NCBI GenBank assembly: GCA_001724265.1
Contig: MEDY01000080.1
Coordinates: 1 to 64,000, forward strand
Source of the DNA: Rhizaria sp. SCN 62-66
Lineage: Eukaryota
Direction of reading: 5' to 3'
Length of the DNA stretch: 64,000 nt
Shown here: positions 1-12,312 of the stretch, piece by piece
Layout of the letters: each line of letters begins with the position of its first letter
Position numbering within the stretch: position 1 is the stretch's first letter
Program-made: the position numbers and the translations under genes
Notes under the pieces: generated by a model
The model's input: only the letters and a program-made list of their open reading frames with translations
The model's database searches: none
What the model was told of the DNA's origin: nothing

Positions 1-3000
1 GCCGCCGAGGCCGCGGCCCGCGCCGCCGCCGCCGAGGCCGCCGCGCGCGCCGCCACTGAGGCCGAGGCCGCGCGCGAGCGTGCCGCGGCCGAGTGCGCCG
101 AGCGCGCGCGCGCCGAGGCTGAGGCGCAGGCCGCGCGCGAGGCCGCCGCGAGCCTGGCCCCGCCGGTGGACTACGACTCCGAGGACGAGGAGGCCCCGCC
201 GGCGCCCTGGGACCACGGATTCGGACTCGAGGAGCTGGGGCTGGGGCTCGGCTTCGGCTTCGGCGACGCGGCCACCGCGGTCGCTGGCGCCGCCGACGCC
301 GCAGCGGCCGGGCCCGAGGGCGAGGACGAGGACGCCGCGGCCGCCGACGCGACCACGGCCGACGCCGCTGCTGCCGGGCCCGCGCGGGGCCCCCGCGAGG
401 TCGCGTGCTCGGGCTACGATGACGACGCGGGCGGCCCCACTGCGCTTGCGGCGGCGTACGTCGACGACGACGCGCTTTTCGACTGGACCGCGGCCGCGAC
501 CGCCGCGCTCGACGCCGCCGCGGCCGCCGACGCGACCACGGCTGCCGCGGGCAACACCACGGCCATGGCGTGCTCTGTGCTGGCGGGCTTTGGCCCCGAC
601 TTTGCGCTGGGCAGCGCCGCGCACACCGACGACGACGCCAACGCCGGCTGGGCGCTGCCGCCGTGCGCGACCACCGCGCGCCTGCCGTCAGTTGCCCTCG
701 TCGCCGCCGCAGCGCCCGCGCTCGCGTTTCCCTACCGCCAGGCGCTGTCGGCGCGCACCGAGGTTGCGCACGCCGCCGCGCTGGCCGCCGCCGCGCAGGC
801 CGCCGCCGCTGCTGCACATGGCCCAGGTGCCGCGCCGCCGGCCGCGCTGGTGGACGCGCAGAAACTCGCCTCTGACGCGCGCGCGGTCGCGGGCACGCTT
901 ATGTCGATGGAGACTGCGCTGGGCGCGGTGACGCGCGGCCCCACGGGCAGCGTCTCGGGTGCGGTCGTCGCCGCCGCGGGCGAGGCAGCAGCCACCACGG
1001 GCCCCGGCGCGGCCGCGCTGCACCGCTGGCTCGTGCGCCTGCTGCTCGCACAGCCCTTGTGGCAGCTGCCGCAGCCGCTCGCGCCTGGTGAGGTGCGCTG
1101 GGAGGCCGTCGCCGCGCTGCAGGCCGCGCTGGGGCCCGTCGCGGCCGCCGCAGGCGCGAGCGCGGCGGCCACGGACGACGGCGTCGCGCGCGCGTTTGCG
1201 TCGACGCCGCACGGGCTGCGCGTGGGCCGTCGCGGGCGCGCGGACGCGGCGCAGCGCGCGACTGCGGCCGCGGCGGCGAGGCGCGACGACGCACGGGTCA
1301 AGCGCGCGCGGCGCCGAGACCTGGCGCAGGCGCGCGCGACGGCCAAGGAAATGCAGCGCCAGCAAGACGAGCTTGAGCAGCAGCAACAACAGCAGAACAA
1401 GACCCCACGGCCGTCGTCGTCGCGGCGGCCGTCCCCGGCCGCGTCGCCCCGAAGTGCCTCCGCCTCTGGGTTCCTGTCTCCGCCCGCGGTCGCGCTCGGA
1501 CAGGCGGCTAGCTCCACTGCCGCAGGCCCGTTGTCGCCGTCGCAGTCGCCGCATCTGCAACCACAGCCGCACGCGCAGTCGCAGCGTTTGCTGCTGCAAT
1601 CTGACTCGCCCCTTGCTTCAGCTGCCGGTGTGCAGCTCAGCGTTTTCCCTAAGTCGGAGTCCACTGCTTCGACATCAGCGTCAGCCTCAGCGGCAGCGCT
1701 TTCGCCTCTGAACGCGACTGCGGCTGCGGCGGCTCCTGCGTTCACGCCTGGCGTCCGCCGCAACCGCACGCCACCCTCCGGCGCTCTCAACTCGAGCATT
1801 AACGCGGGCGCAAACAGCGCTTCTGGCCGCGTCCCGCGCCTAGGCAGCGCTACCAAGCGCGTGGGCGTGGCGGTGCCGCAGCTGGCGCTGCACGCGCTGC
1901 AGCCGCTCGAGCCCCGGCGCCCCGCGCCGCAGCGGCGCCTGCGCGGTGTGGGCCCCGGCGGCGCCGCGGCGGTGGCCGCAGCCGCTGCAGCCGTGAAGCG
2001 GTACGGCCCGCGCGCGCGCGTGACCGAGGCGGCGACGCTGCTGCGCGTGTGCGGCGCGCGCGGCGACGCGCGGCCGCTGCTGCTGTCGCGCGTGGCGCCC
2101 GTGGTCGGCGCGCTGGCCGACTCGCTCGTGTCGTCGCTGTGGACGCTGCAGTCGGGCACCCCCGGCACAGCGGGCTTCGCGGCGGGCCGCGCGCAGCCCG
2201 AGGCGGCGGGCGATGCTCTGCTGCGCGCCGAGCTCGAGTCGGTGCTGGAGGAGCACTCGGTCGTGCAGGCCGTGCGCAACGTCACGGCCTTCGCCATGGC
2301 GCCGCACGCGCTCTCGGCCGCCGATGCCGCGCTCTACGTTGCGCGCGCGGTGGCCCGCTTTCGCCAGGGCCTCTGCGGCGCTCGCGCGGCGTGGCGGCGC
2401 GTCGAGGCTGTGCTATCTCCCGTGCGCTTCGCGCCGGTCGACTACGGCGGCGCCGAGCTTACCGAGCTGGCGCGCCTGCTGGCCGCCGAGGTGGCCGGCC
2501 CCACGCCGCAGCTCGCGCTCACCGTACACCTGTGTCTTTACACACTGACCGTGCTGGGCAGTCTCACGGGGCCGCGCTACGCGCCTGCGCGGCTGCTGCG
2601 CGTGGCCGAGGGCGTGTGCGCCTGTGTGCCCGCGCTGCGCCGCTTGCTCGGTCGCTACGTCGTGCGCAGCGTCTCGGCTTCGGACCTCGCCCGGTTTGCA
2701 CGCGCACTCGCGGCGCTGGCGCTGACGGAGCGCGCGGGCGACGGTGCGCGTGAGGCCGCGTCTGTTCTGCTTGAGGCCGTCAACCCGCTTGCGAATGTGC
2801 CGCGCGAAGAGCGTTTGGCCACGTTGCTGTCGTCCATCGATGCGCTGGTCGAGCGCGCCAAGTCGCGCTTCCCCGAAGGCCCCTCGGCCGCGCTGACCGC
2901 ATTCGACGTTAGCGAGGCCGATGAATAGGCTGCGGCGCAACGCTTCTTCGCCGCCGCTGCGTGGCTTCGTGGCGGCGCGAGCAAGAACAATAACAACAAC

Positions 3001-4089
3001 GGTAAAGGCCAGGATGTCGCAAACGGTGCGGACGCCGCGACGGCTGACCACGCGCGTCCCCGGGCCCGCGAGCGGTCGCCGGTGCACCGCCATCCACAAG
3101 AACAGCCGCCGCTGGAGCCGCACCCGAAATCAAAGCACCGGCAGACCAAGTCGCTGACGCAGCACGATTTGCTGCAGCCGCAGCAGGAGCAGAAGCCCGA
3201 GCCCGATCGCGTGCTCGCCGGCCGCCGCGCGGGGATGCTCAAGGCCGGCGCTGCTGCGAGAGCGGCGAAGCAGTCGGGCTCCGCCCAGTCCCTGTTTGCG
3301 GCCGCGCGGTCGACCGGGGATGCGCCGTCGTCGGACGTGTCGACCGGTGACTCGGTGGAGCCTCGGCCGTCGTACGATGATACGGTGGCGCAGCTCTACG
3401 ACGGGCTCATTGCGCGCGCGGCGCGGGGCGCGGCCAAGGTGGCTGCCAAGGCCGCCTCATGCCTCAAGCCCGCATCCTCCAAGGGCGCGACTCGCAAGGA
3501 AAGGGCTGTGAAGGGCGCTGCTGGCACGGCTGCTGCAGCTACTGCTGCTGCTGCGACGAATGCGGCGACTGCGGTGAGGAACAAATACACCGTGTACACG
3601 CAGCACGCTCCGCTCGATGATGACTTCGATGCCGATGACATGAACGACAGTGTTGATTTTGACGACGACAGCGTGCACAGCGGTGTGTACGTCTCATCGC
3701 CATTATCAAATGACAACGACGACGAGGATGACGAGGACGATCTTGATGACTATGACGACGATGGCATCATCAGTTTGACCGACAGCCTTGACTCCGACGG
3801 CGACGCCAGCGCGGACAGCTCCGACTCCCCCACCAGCGACTCGAGCGACGAGGACGAGGACGCCACCGCCGCCAAGTCCGCGGCAGAGGACGATGACGAC
3901 GACGACGCGAGCCTTGCGGGCAGCGCACTGGCCGACGATTACCCGGACGAGCTCTCTGAGGACTTCCTGAGCGTCAACGACGGCGACGACGACGGCGCGC
4001 TGCTCAGCGACGAAGACACATACGCGGACCTGAGCGACGAGGACGGCACCGGCGACGATGACGACGACAACGACGACGAAGACGGCGAA

Positions 4090-4120
<31 letters not shown>

Positions 4121-4814
4121 ACGACGATGAGTTCCTGGCCGCCGCCGAGCGTTTCTACAACAACACAGAGCCGTCCGCAGAGGGCCCGCTGACGCGCCGC
4201 GAGAAACGCGCGATGGCGCGGCAGCAGCGGCGCAAGCGCAGCCGTCGCCTGAAGCGGCGCCCCGTGGCCATGCCGCGCCTCGACAACATCCCGGGCCGCC
4301 TCGCGCTGAGTGACATGGGGCCCGCCACAGAGGACGTGGGCGTGGGCTCGTTCTCTGGCACCGACATGCAGGAGTACGAGCAGCACGGCGCGGCGCAGTA
4401 CGAACAACAGCAACAGCAGCAGTCTCACGACATGCGCATCGCTCTCGGCATCAACCAGGGCCAGGGCCAGGAGATGGGGGTCACGCCGGAGCAGATGCAG
4501 GCGCAGGCGGAGCAGGCGCACCATGCACAGGTGCAGGCGCGCGCACTGGAGCTTGCGCTGAACGAGGCCACGTTTCAGCTGCAACTGCACTCGCAACACA
4601 CGCAACAGTTGCAGCAGCAACAAGAACAGCTCCAGATTCAGCTGCAGCTTGAGCAGCAGCAGCAGCCCCCGCGGCCGCACCACCTGATGCAGCTGCAGAT
4701 GGATTTGGGCCAACTGCAGCAGCAGTTGCACCAACACGTGCAAATGCAGCACATGAAGCAGCTGCAGCTGCACCACCTGTACCAGCAACAACAACAGCAC
4801 ATCAGGCAGCAGCA

Positions 4815-4860
<46 letters not shown>

Positions 4861-6753
4861 CAACAACAGCAGCAACAACAGCAGCAACAACAGCTACAAC
4901 AGCAGAAACAACAACAGTACAACTCTGACGGATCCTACGCAGGTCCCTTCGGCTTCCCCGGCAACACACACAAGAGCGTGGGCGACGACGCCGGCGCGCG
5001 CGAGGCGTCGCTGGCCCCGCACGCCGCTCGCAGCGCCACAAGCGCTAACGACGCCGCCTTCGACGCCGCCTCTGGCAGCGGGCTCGGCCGCGAAGGCTAC
5101 CCACAGTCGCACTTGCACTCGCATGCGCCCGCTACTGCGCCCGCACCTGCACCTGCGCACGTGCCGCTCCCGACCTCCGGCTTCCATACCGCAGGCGGCC
5201 GTCTCGCCGCAGACCCGGGCAGTGCGCTCGCCGCGCCGTCCGTGGCCGCGGCCGCGACGAATGCGGCCGCGGCGGCGGCGCTGGCTGCCGTCGCCGCCCG
5301 GGCCACGCCAACCGGAGCGGAGTGTGGCCGCGCAACCGTTGGAGCCACCGTTGGCGATGCCAGCGCCTCAGGGCTCAGCCTCAGTCTGGACGTCGGCGGG
5401 GGCAGCGGAGGCAGCGGCGCTGCTATAAGCTCTAGCGCAGGCACGGGCACTGGCACTGCTGCAACCGCTGCCGCCAACGCTGTTGCCGGCGCTGGCGGCT
5501 TTGGCACTGGCAGCCCTGGCGCAGGCGCTGCGGGCGGCGGGCGCGTCAGCTCGAGCGCGCTGGCTCTGCGGCCCGCGGTGCGCGCGTCGGACGCGGCGCG
5601 GCTGGCGCAAGAAGACGCCCGCCACCGCCCGCGCAGCGCGTCCAGGGCCGAAGGACTGTTGAACGGCGACGCCGCCGCTGCGGCCACTGGCGTTAACGCA
5701 TTCGCTCGCGGTGGCGGCACTCATGCCGCTCTCGTCCTCGCTTCTGTTCTTGCTGGTGGTGCTGGTGGTGGTGCTGGCGCCGACGCAGTGCCCGGCCCCG
5801 GCCCTGGCCACGTGAGCGTGCGGCGGGGCGACCGCGGGAACCGCAGCGGGCGCGACCGCAGGGGGGTTGAAGGCGTCGATACCGCTAACAACAACAGCAA
5901 CAGCAACAACAACAACAACAACGCGCGGCCGAACTCGCGCGGCTTCGTCCGGCATCCCCACGGGCACCCCCATGGGTACTACATGAATCATCCGCGCATG
6001 TTCTTCCGGCGCAGCTCGCGCGCGTACGTGGGTATCGACGCCGCAGGCGCCCGGTCCAACCGCCTGCCCCCGGGCGTCGCCCACGGTGCCGCTCACCGGT
6101 ACGTGGGCATCGACGCCGCCGGTGCGCGGTCGAACCGCCTGCCCCACGGCGACGGCAACGCCGAGTACCCCGGCGGTGGCGCTGCTGCTGCCGGCGCAGG
6201 CGAGTCCGAGGGCGGCTGCGAGGGCAAGTCGGCCGAGACCCGGTGCGCGGCTGCGGCGTACTTGGCGGCGGCCAACCAGCCCGACGAGGACGACTGGGCG
6301 CAGGGCGTGACCGCGCGGCTGCACCAGCGCGAGGAGCTGGCGCACATGCACCCCGAGGGCGCGGCGGCCGCGCTGGCTGTGCTGGGCGCGCCGCTACCGA
6401 TGACGCAGTGGGAGCGCGAGGCGCGGCCCAAGCTCCCGCCCGTGGGCCGGCTGGGCCTGGCGACGTACTGGGAGCTCGAGAGCGCGCGCGTCGAGGCCAT
6501 CTTCGCGCCCATGCCGTTCGAGGATGGCGCCAAGGAGATTGCTGCCGAAGCGGCCGCGATGGACAAGGCGGCCCGGGACGCGGCGGCGGCGGACGCGGCC
6601 GCGGTGGCGGCGGCGCAGGCCAAGGCTGAGGCGAGACGCCTCGCGGCTGAGAAGGCTGAGGCGATGCGGATGTACGCCGCGCAGGGGCCCGTCGTAGTTG
6701 TCGAACACATCTCCTTTGGCACCAAGTCGAATTGTTTGCCGATGCATTAGTGA
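1..6753 (+). CDS. Large low-complexity protein of unknown function (>=2250 aa, 5'-truncated by the window), with Ala-rich, Asp/Glu-rich and polyQ tracts; modelled through in-frame TAGs at 2926-2928 and 6748-6750 to TGA 6751-6753
   Basis: Frame 1 is open from base 1. ORFs 166..2928 and 3082..6750 share this frame and are separated only by one TAG (…EADE*AAAQRFFAAAAWLRGG…). Codon usage is GC3-rich throughout. A 15-aa repeat conserved through synonymous changes (6025/6100) supports translation of the frame. No domain recognised. Confidence 0.7.
4807..4917 (+). repeat. CAG/CAA trinucleotide tract encoding polyglutamine
   Basis: Directly visible mixed CAG/CAA run of about 35 Gln codons, interrupted near its end by one Leu and one Lys. 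Confidence 0.95.
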
Positions 6754-7130
6754 CAAGTCGCAGCGACATGAAGAATCTTTGCCGCTGCGACTCAAAATGT
6801 AGTTGGTGGTGGAATCAAACTTTGCGCCCATACGAGTTCAATACTTTCATTTGTGATAATATTACTTCTGTTTTGACTTTTGTGATCATGTTATACTAGA
6901 TTATTCTTTTTCCAATACACCAAACCTATGAGTATCATCGCGTATATCACTCACCCGGATCTGGACCGCCCTGGGGCCGAAAAACTCTCCCAGCCCCACC
7001 ACGATAATGATTAAAGTCTCTAAGTCACGAGAAGTCTCGAACATTGTGGTCCATACATTGCTTCTGTGGATTTGCCTTTGCGATTATACGCGAGTTGCTC
7101 ACCTTTTGCTATTTGGTTTAACTCTTGTAG

Positions 7131-8432
7131 CCAACCCAACGCTTGGTTCGCCCACGCGACCCGTGTCTTCAAACCCAAGCTCTTCAGGTCGAAGCTCTTC
7201 ACAAAATTTTCCCCAGTTGTGGCAGACAGCATCCCCGGTAAGATGCAACTCGGCGCTCTCGTCATTAAGGACAATGTCACACTGAGCTACATCTTGAAGC
7301 CGTCACTCGATATCATCTTTACGCTCCGTGAAATCGATGACAAGGTGCGTCTCCCCCTATTAGTCACTCCCCGGCTCTCTCCTCCCTCTCTTACTTTCCT
7401 GACCCTATTTCTACGTGGTTGAACTCCGTCCGCTGCATTGGTATAGTGCGGGTGGATTAAACAAGTTGTACTTGGGCCGGACACATGCGGCGCACTGTGT
7501 TTTTTGCTATTCTTCGTCTCCTTCCGAGTCCCAGACAAACACACACCACGACCAACACAGCGAGAGATTGTTCACCAACCACTTCGTGTTGAACCACCGC
7601 CTTCCACCGCTGCTTAGCACGTGTATCGACTATTTATTTCTGACTAAACGCCACTTACGCAACTTGTTTTTGCTTTATTTTTTATTTCCCATGCTTCCTT
7701 CACCCTCAACGGCACCTCCCTTCGCAGATCATCCGCTGCCCCAAGATCCCCGAAGACGCCCACGAGTTCGGTGACTTCGAGATTCCCCCTGGCTCCACCG
7801 AAGCCAACTCGCGCGTCTCGGTCCGGCACGCTTGCAACTGCGCGAACATTGAGCTTTACCCCGCTGGCGCGGCGGAAATTGCGCTCTTCAAGTCTTGCGG
7901 CGCCCTGGGCTGCCGCGCCCCATGTGCCTCAATCCTCACGGGACTCAACGCCGTGCGTCTCCTTCGCGCCTTCGGCCGCCCGCGCCAGGCCGAGTCGCTG
8001 CTGCTTAGTCTCCGCGAGCTCGACGACCCGTCCCTGCGCGGCGTCTCGTACGTGCCCTCGGCTGACGTCAAGACCGAGGAGCCCGGCACCCGCAAGCGCA
8101 AGCCCTCCACCGGCCGCCCCAAGGGCTCCGCCAACGCTGCCGCTGCCGCCGCCGCCACCGCCGGGGGTGCCGCTGGCGGCGCCGGCCCCTCGCCGTCCGC
8201 GCTGCAGCACCAGCAGGCGCAGCGCGTGGCCGCCATCGCCGCCTTCGGCAGCCCCTCGTCCTCGGCACTGATGGCGACCGACGGCGGCGATCCGTCGGGG
8301 CTGGCCGCCGCCATCGCCGCCGGGGGCCGCGCGCTGCCGGACAAGCGGCCGCGCAAGGCGCCGCGCGCGTGGGGACAGGGCGGCGGCGGCGCGGCCACGG
8401 CGGCGTTGCTCAACGCCGTTGGCAGCTACCGT

Positions 8433-8463
<31 letters not shown>

Positions 8464-11400
8464 ATGACGACGACGACGACGACGCACGTCTGCACGGCGC
8501 CGGCGCCGCCTCCGCCGCTGCCGTTGCCGCGGGGGCCGGTAAGCGCCGCCCCGGGCGTCCCCGGCTGCCCGCGCGTGGCCGGCACGCCTACGCAGTCGGC
8601 CCCGGCCCCGGCCATGGCCCCGGCCATGGCCCCGGCCATGGCCATGGCCACGGCCACGGCCACGTCCACGGCCACGGCCACGGCTTGCACTCGCACGCCG
8701 GCCTAGGCGCCGCGCTGGGCATGACTGACGAACACGCCGCCGCGCTCTACGCGCGCACCGCAGGCGGCGGCGGCGGCGGCGGCGGCGCGGGCGCGGGCGT
8801 GCACTCGTAGTACGCCGACCTCATCAGCCCCGCCGGCGGGCTGCTGGGGGCCGCGGCGGCCGCCGCCGCGGGGTTCGGGCCCGGCGGCGCGCTGGCGACA
8901 CCGCTCGGCAACTCCAGCTCCGGCCCCGGCGCCGGGCCACCGCAGCACTCGGGGCTCGGCACGGGCAGCGCGGGAGGCGCACAACTGCTGCTGCACGCGG
9001 CGGGCCTCCACAACGCGCACAGCCACGGCGCGGCGCACGGCCACGGCATGCACGCACACCACGTCGGCGGGCTCAGCGTTGCGCTGGGCGGTCCCGGCTT
9101 CTCCCCGCGGCCCCAGTCCGCCCTAGGGTCCGGCTCCGCAGCGGCCGCCGCCGCCGCAGCCGCCGCCGCCGCCGCGGCCGCCTCGGGCCACTCGATGCCG
9201 CTGTCGGCCGCTGCTAGTCACAGCCACATGCAGCTCTCGCGCGCCGCTGCGGCCGCCCACGGTCACGGCCACGGCCACCCGATGCTCTCGGGCCGGCTGG
9301 CGGGCGCCACGGGCTCCGCAGCGCCGTCGCCGGCCGCCGGCGCGCTGCCTAACTCGGCCTCCGCCTCAGCCGCCGCGGCCAAGCTGCGGCTGCCGACCAC
9401 TGCGCTGCCCGGCGGCGTGTCTACGGCGGCTCTGCTCTCCTCCGCGGTTGCCGCGGCCTCAGTCGTCTCCAGTCCTGCCGCCGCGCCGGCCTCCTCGTCG
9501 GCGTCGTCGGCGTCGGCGTCGGCGACGGCCGCGACGACCCCGGTCTCCGCCTCGCTGCTCTCGCGCCGCGCAGAGCCTATCGCCGCGCCGCCCCGCCTCC
9601 TCGGCTCTGGCTCCGGCTCCGGCGCTGCTGGCGCGACGGCGGCGGGCGGGGGTACGTCTTTGAGCCCGGCCGCTGGCAGCCGCGGCTCCAAGCTGATCCC
9701 GCGCGGTGCTCTGCCGTCCGCCTCCAGCGCGTCCTCTTTGCCGCGCTCCGCCTCCGCACTCTCACTCGCCCGCAATAACAACAGCGGCGGCGGCAACGGC
9801 GGCGGCGCGTCAGGGCTGGGCACGCCCGTCGCGGGCCCAGGCTCCGGCACGCGCGCCCGTCTCTCCGCCGGCACGGGCTCCGGCACCGCCAGCCCCAGCC
9901 ACGCGCTTGCCGGCGAGGCCGCCGCGCTGACCGGCGGCTGGACACCTGGGATGGCGCCGGGGCTGGCCGCGGTCGCCGCGCGGTCTGCAGTGCAGCTGCT
10001 GACGGCCGCCGCGCCCTCCGCGCTGGCCGCGTGCACCGGCTTGGCCGCGGTCCAGGGCCCGCCCGCTGCTGTCGCAGCGCTCTCAGAGCTCTTTACGCCC
10101 GCGCTGACCGCCACCTTTGGCGCTGGCTCTGGTGCTGCGTCGTCATCGTCCTCGGCGTCCGCGGCGTCGGACTCGCTGTCGCACGCCGTGCTGGCGGGCT
10201 TGGCCGCGGCCGCGCCCGCCGCGCTCGCGCTCGACTGCCGCGCGTGCTGCCGCCCTGCGCACCTGCCCTGGGACAGGCTCATTGCGCTCACGCTCGCCGC
10301 GCCGGAGAGCCTCCTTGCGCGCGCGCCGCCGCTGCCCACGACCTCCGCCGCCGCGTCCGCGAACGGCGTGGACGTGTGCCCCGCGAGCTGCGCCGAGTGC
10401 GTGCTCGACCTCATCGGCGCCCCTAAGACCGAAAGTGCGGCCCCTGCTTTGCAGTGCCACGCGCTGTGCCGCGCGATGCTGCTGCTTCTCCAGGCCTCGG
10501 CCGTCACGCCTGCCACGCCGCGCCCGGCACCTGGCGCCGCCGCCGGCGCAGTCAAGCTGCAGCTAAGTCAGTCCGGCGCCTCTGGCGCCGGCACGGTCTC
10601 GCTGTCGCCCTGCGCCGCGACGCCGCTGGCCGCTGCCGCCGCTGCCGGGGATAAGGCGTATGACGTCAAGCCCACCGAGATTGCGGTGAAGCAGGAGCCC
10701 CGCGCGACTGCCGCCTCACCCGCCAGTGTGTCCAGCGCCCCCGCAGCCCCCACAGCCCCCGCTGCGACAACTGCCCAGTCTCAATCTCAGTCCCAGTCAC
10801 AGTCTCAGCCCACGAGCCAGCCTGCGAGCATGTCCGACGACGCCTACGCAGGGCTGCTGTCCCCGTCCGCCGCCGCCGCTGCCACCGCCGCCGCCGCCAC
10901 GGCCACCATGTTGCAACAACAACAGCAGCAGCAGCAGCTCAAGGCCGCCTCGCTCGCCACGATGTCCACGCCCGGCGCTCTGGTCGGCGGCTGGACCCCA
11001 GGTGCGACCGCCGCCGCCGCCGCTGCCGCCGCCGCGGCGGCCGCCGCCAACGCGGTCGCCGCCAACGCGGTCGCGGCCGCTGGCCACAGCACCAACGGCA
11101 GCGCTGGGTCCACGCCAGCCGCGTTCGTCCCCATGTCCATCGCGATGCCCGCGATCTCCACTGTGCCTCCGGCGGGCGTTGCGGCGGCGCAGGGGCTTAA
11201 CATGGGCCCCGTCATGGGCTCCGTTGGCTCCATGGGCTCTGTGAACGGCGTACCAATGCCCGGCGCGCTCAACAGCATGAACAGTCTGAATATGGGGCTG
11301 GGCATGGGGTCGATGAACCCGCTTAACAACCTCAATAGCATGATCAGCATGAGCAGCCTCACCAACCTTAACAGCCTCAACAATATGAGTAGTCTCGGCG

Positions 11401-11507
11401 CCCAAATGCCCCCCGTCGCTGTCACCGGCCCGGTTCCGGGCGCGGCGTCGGGTATGGGCGCCGGCAGCATCAGCGCCAGCGAGGCTCTTCCGGTCCCCAT
11501 GCAGTGA
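7131..11507 (+). CDS. Ala/Gly/His-rich putative nuclear protein with two AT-hook-like motifs; probable exon ~7131-7344, intron 7345-7727, long exon 7728-11507 containing in-frame TAG 8808-8810; 5' end uncertain
   Basis: Phase-0 donor AAG|GTGCGT at 7345 and acceptor TTCGCAG| at 7727 join open frames. ORFs 7953..8810 and 9048..11507 are in the same frame, separated by one TAG (…GVHS*YADLISP…). Motifs KRKPSTGRPKGS and KRRPGRPRLP resemble AT-hooks. Ends at TGA. Confidence 0.65.
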
Positions 11508-12312
11508 GCTGTCTGCTGTCCTACTCATCAAGCTGCGCAGAAGTGGCCAAGCCATCAGTCTATGAACAGCAGCGATTGGCTGTCGTTTGCCTGAATACTC
11601 TGTTTAGACGCACTCGCTCTGGAATTATGCCGTTTCAGGCTAAATAGTAATTTAAATCTCAACCACAATCACGCCATCGTCGTGTCAATCAAACAATGTT
11701 GTCGTACGCAACACAAATTGACTTTGTTTTGTTTTCTCTTGACTTCGGTGTCCAGGGGAAACATCCACCCTTTGTCTCCACTCTTGCTCATTTGTACACT
11801 GTATGTCTGTTTTGCGTGTCAACCAATTCCGAGTCATTGTTGTTACGACAACTAGCTTTGTATTAACTTATAGCGCCACACACAAAATTTGTTATTTTAT
11901 TTTCAGTCCAGTGAACAACAAAACGACCACACCTCTATTTGACATGTACTGCTGTCACTTTGTACCACCCCCAATATCCCTCCAATACATAACCGCAATC
12001 CCTTAATCCACAACATGTTGCGTGTGACGTTCAAAGTCTTAATTTATTGCTGAAACGCACTCTAATGGCCTGTATAGACCCTTGGACTATCCATTAGAGC
12101 AATCCATTAGAGCAAACACAATCACTAAGTAAGATTATTCAGAAGCCAGAGCGGCTTCAATTGCAAGAATCTGTGCTGAGCCAGAACAACATAACAGAAA
12201 ACGGTTGTCAAGAAAGGTCGCGTTCAATCACACAAACACACTTCACAGCCGCACTCCTCGCGCTCTTATTCTCTATTCTTGCTGTGCGAGTTTACGTTGC
12301 CTCAGTGCTCGC

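Noticed and set aside
7020-7280. Minus-strand 86-aa ORF
   Set aside because: It overlaps the plus-strand exon that has a matching donor, acceptor and phase, and it shows no recognisable motif.
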